DNA of 64,000 nt from Barthelona sp. PCE (Eukaryota): contig JAUFOR010000008.1 in NCBI GenBank assembly GCA_040285745.1, forward strand, positions 682,001 to 746,000, in the 5' to 3' direction. Below are positions 29,230 through 38,131 of this stretch, piece by piece. Every line of letters begins with the position of its first letter. Position 1 is the stretch's first letter. Made by a program: the position numbers and the translations under genes. The notes under the pieces are model-generated. The model searched no databases, was not told the origin of the DNA, and worked only from the letters and a program-made list of their open reading frames with translations.

Positions 29230-32200
29230 ATGGATGAATTTATATCATTGATTAGTGCTGATTTAAGATACGACGAATTGTTTTCTGCTATTTATAAGTC
29301 AGAAATCGATATTTCCTTATTGAAACTGGAAGATATGCAAAGCCTGAAAGCTAAGCGTATTTTTATCGACTTATGCATCTCCCGCAAGGCATATGACTTG
29401 GTTTATGGATTCGGGATAAATTCAGATGTCGCCTGGGTTAGAAAATACGTCTCTAATTTACTCAATAAGCATAAAAGATTTGCACATCACATGCTTTCTA
29501 AAGAAGACTTTTTTGATGTTTTTTTGTCAGCTCCCATTGTTTTTAGAGAAAAATTCCTTTGTTTATTAGCCCGTTTAGGTCGTTATGGGAAATACAAACA
29601 CATTGCTGATGCATTCATCACAAACCCAAAATATGGATCACTCATTAGTGGTGAGAAACGTCGCTCCCTTTTTGTTGCTGCCAGTCTTGACGTTGCACGT
29701 GGCTATATTGAAAAGTATTGGGAAGAGAAGAAAAGCATTCAAGAATTCTTTTTGCAACCCAGGTTCTATATTATATTTGATGAAATAGTTTTTAAGCTTG
29801 CTAACCGCAATCATCTTTCCACTTTTCATACGAATTTGAAAAATGATATCCATTTATATCGTTTCTATAATTGGATTTTAAATGATGAAGAAAAATACGT
29901 CAGTCTTGCAAAGCTTTTGCTATCAAAACATTTTAGTTTGAGTAAGTTTGTTGAAACCATATATGGATTTAAGCTTAAAAAGAAGAAGTTATGTACACGA
30001 ATTATTCTCAAATTTGCTACAACATACCCCAATGATTTTTTGGAAATTTACAACAGCGATTTACGGAATAGACGATTTACTTTTAGATTATATCCATTTT
30101 TTAAACAATATCTTAACGACGATAAATACGTTGAAAGTATGAAAATTTTTTATGCTAATACAAGAATGAAATTCCGAGACTTTGCTAAGAATCATGAAGA
30201 AAATGGAATTGCTTTTTCTACCGATCCTAAAGGTGTGTTTGTTCGCGTGTTGGACATGTACCTTTCAGTCAAATCGGATGTGTTTAAAATATCCAAAGAT
30301 GCTGCATCCTTGTCATCAGGCGATCTTTTCAAATCGTTTGTAGCTGTTTCTGAATACATGAGTCTTGATGGGAAATGGGAGCTCTTTCCCCAAGTGTACG
30401 AGAAAAAAAAGAGAATTGCAAACTATTTTTATCGTGTTCTGGATCATCAGGATTACTGGACTAAATACTTCAAACCAGAACACATGTTTAAATCATCACT
30501 TATTTCGTTCTTCCACTACATCACAGTCGAACGTGCTGTCACACCTAAACCCGAGTACACCATCAGAATTAATCAAGATGACGTAGAGGTCAGTCAAATA
30601 CTGTATTTCCTTTTTGGAAGGAATGGACTTGTACACACACATCCATCAGCTGCACTACAACATGCCGTGATGCATTTCATTTGCACAGGAGACTGGTCAC
30701 AATGGGGTGTTGTGCAGAATCTTATTCCTCTTATTCACAATCGTGAAGTCCACGCTTCTTTACCGATTTTCAAATTCAATACATCATGTTTCTTTTACAA
30801 GCCAGAGACCGTTAAGAACTTTGCAGAATATATTCGATTGATAATGGATCAATCATACGCTTCCAATGTATTTTATAATATTTCACTGTTCCAGTCCGTT
30901 ATGAACCATAAAATTGCACCGTACTACTTTCCAATTGAAGTCGTGCAGAATTACTTCAACACTATGCTGCCCATATACGTTGAATATGACGAAATTATCT
31001 GTAGGACCGATGATTCAGCATTTCCAATGAGCAATACGATGAGTTTTAAAGATTTGTACAGTCAGAAACCTTGCTTCATTCTTCCTTCTTCCTTTGAGAA
31101 GGGTAGGCAATTCCGATCTATTGAAAGAAAGGCGCACAAACCAAAAATGTTCAACTGCGTCAGTGAAGAAATGTACAAATTTGTGATTGAAGCTCTGATC
31201 GATGGTCAAAACAATACCAATACGGACAATACCACGTACCAACAACTCTTCTCAGCTTTAATATCGTGCCTGGCTAATACTACATCGAATGTTGTTGTTG
31301 AAGATGAAGACACATTGTGTAGGATTCCAAATTCTGAAGTAGTTCGCTCATTATCAATGAATGAATACATCATTCTGTGCAATGGTTCGTGCAGCGCTAA
31401 GCTTTGCAATTTACTTGTTGACCGTCATTTAAAACGAGCCAATCCTTTGAAACAACATCGCAACGATCGACCAAAACTGAAGCACAAGGTCATTATCAGT
31501 TATTCAGATCCATTAACTAACAAACGTATCATCAGCAAGGGTGATTTGAAGAAGATTCACAAAATCCATTCGCCCTATGATATCCCAAACATGGAACGCT
31601 TTGATTCATTGATGTGTCAAGTGAGAGATGATGTTGTTGAAATGTTGCCCATGTTTTTAGACATGCTAAACACATATGTACGCATCGAGAGTCTTGATAA
31701 AAATATTAGAAAATTGGCTATTGCCAATTTGGATGATGAACAAGTGTCTATTACGTTTAATGCTTTGAAAAAAGATCGTAAAGGTGAGTTTGAGTATCTA
31801 GAATCATTGAGAGACATTGTGCCTCTTCCTTTGTTGAAGCGCCACTTACGTACCTTGAGATATGCGCTTGATGTCTCCACATCATTCGTTGACGAGGCAT
31901 TTTTACAAGGTATTGCCGGCTGTCTTCAGCTCACTAAACGTTCATCCGGAGATAATCAGATTTTGTCGATTGTTAGATGGATTTTTGCATCACTTTATCG
32001 CATCATGTGCGTCATGGACAAGAGCTGGTCGGATCGATCCCGTGATACATTCTTGAAGTCTCTGGTATACGCAAGATCTGCGCCTATCACACGAACTTTT
32101 TTCGAAGGATATTTAAAACATACAACTGTTGTGGAACAGAAGCGTCTCTTTGATGATTTAGTGGCATTAGTCGACGAATCTGGTGATAGTTTCGGCATCA

Positions 32201-33585
32201 CGTCAATGAAAATGATCATTGGTATTGTTCAAATGCTGGCGCGTCAAAATACAAACGTTAACCCTGCTTCTTTTCTCAAGACTATGTGGAACCAGGAAAA
32301 TCTTGCTGTTGATGTTCGTCTTGTTCTGCTCAATTTCTCCGTGGATCAAATTTCGCTTCTCCTTAACAAGGGCTGGAGCCAAACTATTATTGAGAGCGAA
32401 TACTGGAATATAGTCACCCTTGCTGCACAACGCTTCTATGGTGTTCGCATTATAGTCAACCGCATCATATCCTTTATACCATTCTTATATAAGAAAATAG
32501 GAAGAGAGTATTGGAATGATGCATATAACCATGTCGTCTGCCAATGGTTCTGCCCTATCATTGAACAAGAGTTCCGTGGAACCAAGACAGATTACAAAAA
32601 TGTCGAATGCGTTCTAGATTCAGTTTTAGAATCGGCTTTCAGACAGAAGGATTACCCTATGGTTGCTGCATTGCCTGATCGCTTCTTGCAGTTCTGCGAG
32701 AAATACAGTCAGCCTCTCTTCCGTTACTTTGCCCGCTATACTGAGCTAATTGTCTTAGTTTTTACTTTTAGACGTGATAAAACACGTTTTCTCGCAATGC
32801 TTGAACCATTAAAGGATACATTCCGTGATAATCTGACTGTTTGCTTCTCAGAATCAATGAAAGTAGCGGAAGATCCGAAATATTCAGAGTTTTATGTGCC
32901 ATTCTTACATCAAAACCAAATTGCTAAAAAGATTATTCATGCACAAAAGTACTGTTTGAAAGACCTTCCTCATGTGTCTAGAGACATGATGAGTGTCATT
33001 GCTAAATTTCTTTTATCTTGTTTTAATGAGGTTAGAGGCTTTTACCTTGGTGTTGAATTTTGGAAGATATTTTTCGCATCATTCACTTCGCTCCAAGATA
33101 TGATAACAGCAGCACTTAAACTGCATGAAAGGAATGGAATGAAGATTCCTCTTATCCGCCTGGAAGATTCTAATTTTGAGCTTGTTAATGCAATGTGGGA
33201 AAAATATGCTGTTAAATTCAATGAACAAGATTTTATTGAATCCATGAATATTGTTCAACAGTCTAAGCTTCCTGATTATATTCGAGAAAGATGGATTGGC
33301 ATTTTGATGAAGGTGCTACATGATGGTGGAATGGGCCGAAGGAGGTTCATGAAGAAATCTGCGTATTTTGTTAAACATATTCCGTTGGAGGAAATAATGA
33401 ACGTGAGTTGTTCTGACCCTTATTATTACGTAATTATCAATGAATTCCTTAAGAATGTACGAGAAAATAGTATTTGTAACAAGATTAAGCGTTCAAAGTT
33501 GATAGAGTACAGTATCATTGATGCAGTTGTACCTGCGGATAATGAAATTGATAGCTATATTCGTCCAATCATACGCAAAGAGTAA
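29230..33585 (+). CDS. large hypothetical alpha-helical protein
   Basis: 1451-aa uninterrupted ORF rich in F/Y/K/I/L; no catalytic motif recognised. Confidence 0.75.
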   Translation: MDEFISLISADLRYDELFSAIYKSEIDISLLKLEDMQSLKAKRIFIDLCISRKAYDLVYGFGINSDVAWVRKYVSNLLNKHKRFAHHMLSKEDFFDVFLSAPIVFREKFLCLLARLGRYGKYKHIADAFITNPKYGSLISGEKRRSLFVAASLDVARGYIEKYWEEKKSIQEFFLQPRFYIIFDEIVFKLANRNHLSTFHTNLKNDIHLYRFYNWILNDEEKYVSLAKLLLSKHFSLSKFVETIYGFKLKKKKLCTRIILKFATTYPNDFLEIYNSDLRNRRFTFRLYPFFKQYLNDDKYVESMKIFYANTRMKFRDFAKNHEENGIAFSTDPKGVFVRVLDMYLSVKSDVFKISKDAASLSSGDLFKSFVAVSEYMSLDGKWELFPQVYEKKKRIANYFYRVLDHQDYWTKYFKPEHMFKSSLISFFHYITVERAVTPKPEYTIRINQDDVEVSQILYFLFGRNGLVHTHPSAALQHAVMHFICTGDWSQWGVVQNLIPLIHNREVHASLPIFKFNTSCFFYKPETVKNFAEYIRLIMDQSYASNVFYNISLFQSVMNHKIAPYYFPIEVVQNYFNTMLPIYVEYDEIICRTDDSAFPMSNTMSFKDLYSQKPCFILPSSFEKGRQFRSIERKAHKPKMFNCVSEEMYKFVIEALIDGQNNTNTDNTTYQQLFSALISCLANTTSNVVVEDEDTLCRIPNSEVVRSLSMNEYIILCNGSCSAKLCNLLVDRHLKRANPLKQHRNDRPKLKHKVIISYSDPLTNKRIISKGDLKKIHKIHSPYDIPNMERFDSLMCQVRDDVVEMLPMFLDMLNTYVRIESLDKNIRKLAIANLDDEQVSITFNALKKDRKGEFEYLESLRDIVPLPLLKRHLRTLRYALDVSTSFVDEAFLQGIAGCLQLTKRSSGDNQILSIVRWIFASLYRIMCVMDKSWSDRSRDTFLKSLVYARSAPITRTFFEGYLKHTTVVEQKRLFDDLVALVDESGDSFGITSMKMIIGIVQMLARQNTNVNPASFLKTMWNQENLAVDVRLVLLNFSVDQISLLLNKGWSQTIIESEYWNIVTLAAQRFYGVRIIVNRIISFIPFLYKKIGREYWNDAYNHVVCQWFCPIIEQEFRGTKTDYKNVECVLDSVLESAFRQKDYPMVAALPDRFLQFCEKYSQPLFRYFARYTELIVLVFTFRRDKTRFLAMLEPLKDTFRDNLTVCFSESMKVAEDPKYSEFYVPFLHQNQIAKKIIHAQKYCLKDLPHVSRDMMSVIAKFLLSCFNEVRGFYLGVEFWKIFFASFTSLQDMITAALKLHERNGMKIPLIRLEDSNFELVNAMWEKYAVKFNEQDFIESMNIVQQSKLPDYIRERWIGILMKVLHDGGMGRRRFMKKSAYFVKHIPLEEIMNVSCSDPYYYVIINEFLKNVRENSICNKIKRSKLIEYSIIDAVVPADNEIDSYIRPIIRKE

Positions 33586-33591
33586 ATCTTA

Positions 33592-34647
33592 TTATTGATC
33601 AAGTAATGAACGCATTCTTGTGGATCCCTGCTCCCTCAAAGCACTATCAATGTCTTGAACTTGCTCTGGAATAAAGGCAGCTTCATCATTTTTGTAGACC
33701 CTCTCCCACAGCCGATCTGTAACTGTTGTACCCAATAGTGTGTTATCCATTATTTTTGTATCGCCACCATTAGGTCTGAAACATGGAACAAACCTTCTTC
33801 CCAAGAGGATTCGGCCAATGTCATACGTGTGAGTATGATATAACATTCCAAGAGTACCGCTATCCGTTCCTGTAAAAATTATCGTGATCTTTGCATCACC
33901 GACATCAAGATCGGTCCAAGTCATATTAGCTAAAAAGCTATTCGGAAGGATACGATGTGATATTGTCCATACTCCACCAAAGAATACAACTTCGCTGTGC
34001 TCGATTGGTAGAAGTACCGTTATTCTGTCAACACCAACACCAATTGTAAAATGACACTGTACTGTTGCGTCCAGAATCGATCCCCGCTTCTTGTTCATTA
34101 TGCGCATCGTAAGTATGGGTGTCTTCTCGTCCTTGTCGAGATGGACTGCGCAGTGACGTGTGAACTCAAGAAAAGCCGTTGGTTTCGGTCGCGCAAACTT
34201 ATTATAGACAACACCTATGAACATGGGGATGTATATAAGGGCTGTCAGCTCTTGCATAAGCAAGATTACGTTTGCCCAAATTGTGTGTGGGTAGAGTGAC
34301 CCAAATCCAATTCCACAAGTCGACTGAATCGAGTATATGAACAGTTTAACAAATGTTAAAGTATCTGAAACTTCACCTCTCCCGTCTGTTCCAATCGCTA
34401 AAGGTTGAAAAGATAATACAAATGCAAAAAATGAATGAATAAAGAAAAAGAACATGACCAGCGAAAAAATTACATTAGGCCAATTGCTCTGGACGAGAGA
34501 CGCAAAAATATCTTCGTACCTCTGCTTTGGCATCGCTTGAGTGACTAAATCCTTTGGAAGTGAACTTACACTCATAATCTCTTGCTGTATCTGTTTAAAC
34601 TGTAGCTTTCGTGCTAGCCTTCGCCGCATACGCCGCTTTCTGCGCAT
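33592..34647 (-). CDS. inward-rectifier (Kir/KirBac-like) two-TM cation channel
   Basis: Slide helix DIFASLVQSNW, two TM helices flanking F.YSIQSTCGIGFG, KFARP, and a cytoplasmic domain with PILTMRIMN.KR, WTISHRI and GRRFVP. Confidence 0.85.
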   Translation of the reverse strand: MRRKRRMRRRLARKLQFKQIQQEIMSVSSLPKDLVTQAMPKQRYEDIFASLVQSNWPNVIFSLVMFFFFIHSFFAFVLSFQPLAIGTDGRGEVSDTLTFVKLFIYSIQSTCGIGFGSLYPHTIWANVILLMQELTALIYIPMFIGVVYNKFARPKPTAFLEFTRHCAVHLDKDEKTPILTMRIMNKKRGSILDATVQCHFTIGVGVDRITVLLPIEHSEVVFFGGVWTISHRILPNSFLANMTWTDLDVGDAKITIIFTGTDSGTLGMLYHTHTYDIGRILLGRRFVPCFRPNGGDTKIMDNTLLGTTVTDRLWERVYKNDEAAFIPEQVQDIDSALREQGSTRMRSLLDQ

Positions 34648-34873
34648 TTTCTATCGTTGTTTTTGTGAAATAGAAAAGAATTGGAATAACACAGCGATAA
34701 CTTTATTTATTGTCTCTATCATTCACATGAGAGGCTTTTGGTTTCAAAAAAATGCTTTTTATGGATCAACAGCCTATATTATACCGCTCAATTGTACAAT
34801 ATTCACTTTTGTAAACAAAACAGGCTGCAATAAATAATTTGTACTGTGATTACGCTAAAAAAACGAAACTATC

Positions 34874-34914
34874 AATGAATTTATTCATTAAACAGTTCTA
34901 GAACTAATGAATAA
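34874..34914. repeat. nested inverted repeats in the Kir/GPAT divergent intergenic region
   Basis: AATGAAT-tt-ATTCATT overlaps TTATTCATTA-aaca-GTTCTAGAAC-TAATGAATAA. Confidence 0.6.
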
Positions 34915-35054
34915 TAATGGGTTATAAACATACTTATGCAGTTCCTGTACTTGTTTTGCAGTACTTGGGTTTCCTTGAACCACAAATTCACCCTTCATAA
35001 AAAGATTTCAGTATCATTTATTTGTTTCTTCGATTATCTCTTTTTCTAAACATA

Positions 35055-36332
35055 ATGGATAAACCTCCAACCCGTGATCAACCTACCCCACCCATATCTG
35101 CCACCAATACTGTTTCATTAACCATTCCAAATGCACAATGTAATCCACTTGACTCAGATTTCCCCGATGTACCGTATGATTTCACTTTCGCAATCGATCT
35201 GGCTTCGCATGGCTTCTCAAACATCTTCACACAAGTGGATGATTATTGGAAAGTCTTTTCACCAAACAAAAAGCAAATTTTTTTCAAGGCTTGGTATTTG
35301 AAACCATTCTTCCTCTTATCAACGCTTATCCGTAACCTTATCATCTTTCCCCTGCGACTGGTTCTTTGTCTCCTTGTTTTATTGTTGGGTTCTGTAGCAC
35401 TGTTTTTACTCCAGCTTCTTCCACCTGGTGTATATCGAATGGAAATGCAGCGCAGTGTAACTCGTACAATTGTCCGTATGCTTTTAGCTGTTTGTTCAGC
35501 ATGCATACGAATCCATGGAGAAATCCCCAAAAAGTTTCCTTCAACACTTGTATATGTATCAAACCACACTTCTCTCATGGATTACCTTCTCCTCAGCCGT
35601 CTTCAGATGTTCTCCGTGCTCGGACAGCGTGCAAAACCATTTTCATTTCTTGGCTTTGTCCAGAACGTTCTTCTGGAAGGAATGGACTGCCTTTGGTTCG
35701 AACGTGACTCGCTACGTGACCGGTCATCAATCAAAGATCAGATTTGCGCCCACGTCAAGAATCCATGCAAGCCCCCATTGCTTCTTTTCCCTGAGGGTTC
35801 ATGTGTTAACAATAACTACACTGCACTGTTCCGAGCCAATGGTGCGTTTAATATGGATGGCGTCGGTGTATTTCCCGTTGCTCTCAAATATAACTCTTTC
35901 TTCCTCGATCCTTATTGGCCTATGGGCAAGTCCCTTGTTGAACACTTTTTGTACATCATGAAAAGATGGGCTATAGTTGTTGATGTCCATCTGCTACCGC
36001 AAGTTTTCAGGAAACCGCATGAAACACCCATCGAATTTGCAGCACGCACTAAGGAAATGATCAGTGAGGCAGCTGGATTAAAATCAACTGAATATGATGG
36101 TTTACTAAAGAAAAAGACTGTGTCAGACAAGGTCATTGCTCTCAAAAAGAAGGAAGTGTGCAATGAGCTTGTTCTTAACCTTACAACTGTTGAACATGAC
36201 TGCGTTGAGAATCCAACTGTTCAATCGCGAAAAGGTGCTTTAAAGGCTCTCCTCAGTGTAAGTACACCTGTGTCGAATGAATCGCTGAAAGAACGCTGGA
36301 ACAATGCGCGTTCACCGTCTATTATGCAGTAG
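35055..36332 (+). CDS. ER glycerol-3-phosphate acyltransferase (GPAT3/4, GPAT9-like)
   Basis: NHTSLMD, WFER, LLFPEGSCVNN, PVALKY and FAARTK..I...AGL. First ATG is at 35055. Confidence 0.9.
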   Translation: MDKPPTRDQPTPPISATNTVSLTIPNAQCNPLDSDFPDVPYDFTFAIDLASHGFSNIFTQVDDYWKVFSPNKKQIFFKAWYLKPFFLLSTLIRNLIIFPLRLVLCLLVLLLGSVALFLLQLLPPGVYRMEMQRSVTRTIVRMLLAVCSACIRIHGEIPKKFPSTLVYVSNHTSLMDYLLLSRLQMFSVLGQRAKPFSFLGFVQNVLLEGMDCLWFERDSLRDRSSIKDQICAHVKNPCKPPLLLFPEGSCVNNNYTALFRANGAFNMDGVGVFPVALKYNSFFLDPYWPMGKSLVEHFLYIMKRWAIVVDVHLLPQVFRKPHETPIEFAARTKEMISEAAGLKSTEYDGLLKKKTVSDKVIALKKKEVCNELVLNLTTVEHDCVENPTVQSRKGALKALLSVSTPVSNESLKERWNNARSPSIMQ

Positions 36333-38063
36333 CTAGTGTCCTATCATTTGGTTTCGTAATTCAATGTATTCCCGATCAACATTTTCCAGTCTATCAAGAG
36401 TCTCAGACCCCAACTCAATGACTTCTTTCAATTGACGTCGTAACAGATGCGTCTTATTTCGATTCAAATATCGTTTTATACCCTCGAATTCATTCTTTAA
36501 GGGTTCAACAACGCTTAGCATTCGAATTTTCTTTTCAACCAGCTTAAATAAAGATCCAAGGTTCGATTCCGATGGCTCTTCAGTTTGTGTATGTGCATTT
36601 GCCAATTCAGTCAATGGACTGCAGGCACGGGGTGTATGGAACTCACTTGCCCTGTTGCTACTGAGAGACTCGCTAACCCTGGTCAGAGAAATGCTCTGCT
36701 CCATCTTCTGAGCAGTCTTTGAACTGAAATCAATGTGAATAGAAGGCGCTTCCAGCACATCAGCCACCATCGTTCTTACCAACTTCTTTTCTGAATCTAT
36801 TTCTGCCAACTCTGTGTTGACTTCCGCCAATTTAATCTCAAATTCTGCTTTATCCTCTGATGCTTGCGTCTCGAAGTCGTTATATAAAGAATTCTCCCTC
36901 AAAACATCCTTGAAAACTATGCCTAACTCGATTGGGGGTGGGGTATTTGGCTTCTCCGTATTAAGTACCCTGTTTTCCGCGCGAAGACGATCAAGCTCCT
37001 TCTCCATTCGCTGCTCGTTACGTTTATGATACGATACAACAGAAGACATGCGTGCTTTCAACTCGTCCAGTTCTTTCTTGTTTTTTGCCAACATCTCGTA
37101 TACCTGCTCCTCTGAATTGTGTTGGTTCACAGAATGTAACAAAATACTATCAATTTTTTTTGGTATTCCCCTCAGAACTCGATTTGCTGTTGTAAGATGC
37201 TTCATTGTAGTCTTGTGGATGCCATTGTTTTGGTCATCCAGGATCATGCACACGTCGCTTATGTTTTTTTGGTATGCATCCTTAACCTCTCTAATACTGT
37301 GCACGTATTTCGCCAACTTCTCATCGCCTCTCCTCTTAATTTTCGATTTCAGAGAAGTTAACCCCTTTCGGGAAAGTAGTTCTGCGAAAAGCCCCTCCAA
37401 TCGACCCACAGTTACAATTGTGCTCTTGGCTCGATGAATAAGTAAATGCTCAATTTCCTTAAAAAATGTTGAATTAATATCAAACCAGCGTTCTGAAAGC
37501 TGATTGTACATCTGCATCACGTGCATCGCTACAGCCGTTGATGCACGCAGTACACTAGTCAAATCGGTGCATATATTGTATAAATCATCATCCAACTCAT
37601 TGGTGTTTGATAATCGCTTTTCAAGGATATCACAGACTGATTCAAGCCTGTCAACGTTAAACTTCCGCTTGTCAATGAGTGCCTCGCTGTAGATTTCCTT
37701 TAAAACATCAGCAGTCTTGACGCCTGCAAGTTCTGTGCTGCCTAAATGATTATCAAGAATTTTCTGGTAAAAATCAATCACTGTGGTCTTTATATCATCA
37801 ATTGATCCCTTTAAATATCCAGTTTCAGTATCTACGTATGAACTCAATCCAATCACATCTTGCTCGAGCTCCATCAAAGATGTACGCAATTCAGGTATTT
37901 CTCCTGTGTAACTACTGAACTTAAACATGATAGTAGCCAATTTTTGCATCAATTTCTCATTTTCAGACCTTAATTGAAAAACTTCATCAGAAACACTACT
38001 TTTTGAATCCTCTTCACCTTGCACAGGCTGCGATTCCTCTTTTCCTTCGTGAGTTTCACTCAT
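36333..38063 (-). CDS. hypothetical coiled-coil protein
   Basis: 576-aa ORF with heptad-like segments; no recognised domain. Confidence 0.7.
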   Translation of the reverse strand: MSETHEGKEESQPVQGEEDSKSSVSDEVFQLRSENEKLMQKLATIMFKFSSYTGEIPELRTSLMELEQDVIGLSSYVDTETGYLKGSIDDIKTTVIDFYQKILDNHLGSTELAGVKTADVLKEIYSEALIDKRKFNVDRLESVCDILEKRLSNTNELDDDLYNICTDLTSVLRASTAVAMHVMQMYNQLSERWFDINSTFFKEIEHLLIHRAKSTIVTVGRLEGLFAELLSRKGLTSLKSKIKRRGDEKLAKYVHSIREVKDAYQKNISDVCMILDDQNNGIHKTTMKHLTTANRVLRGIPKKIDSILLHSVNQHNSEEQVYEMLAKNKKELDELKARMSSVVSYHKRNEQRMEKELDRLRAENRVLNTEKPNTPPPIELGIVFKDVLRENSLYNDFETQASEDKAEFEIKLAEVNTELAEIDSEKKLVRTMVADVLEAPSIHIDFSSKTAQKMEQSISLTRVSESLSSNRASEFHTPRACSPLTELANAHTQTEEPSESNLGSLFKLVEKKIRMLSVVEPLKNEFEGIKRYLNRNKTHLLRRQLKEVIELGSETLDRLENVDREYIELRNQMIGH

Positions 38064-38131
38064 TTAATGAAAAAAAAAAGCAAAAAAAATGAAAAATCAC
38101 TTGAATGAGGTGGAAATAATGAAACATTCAA

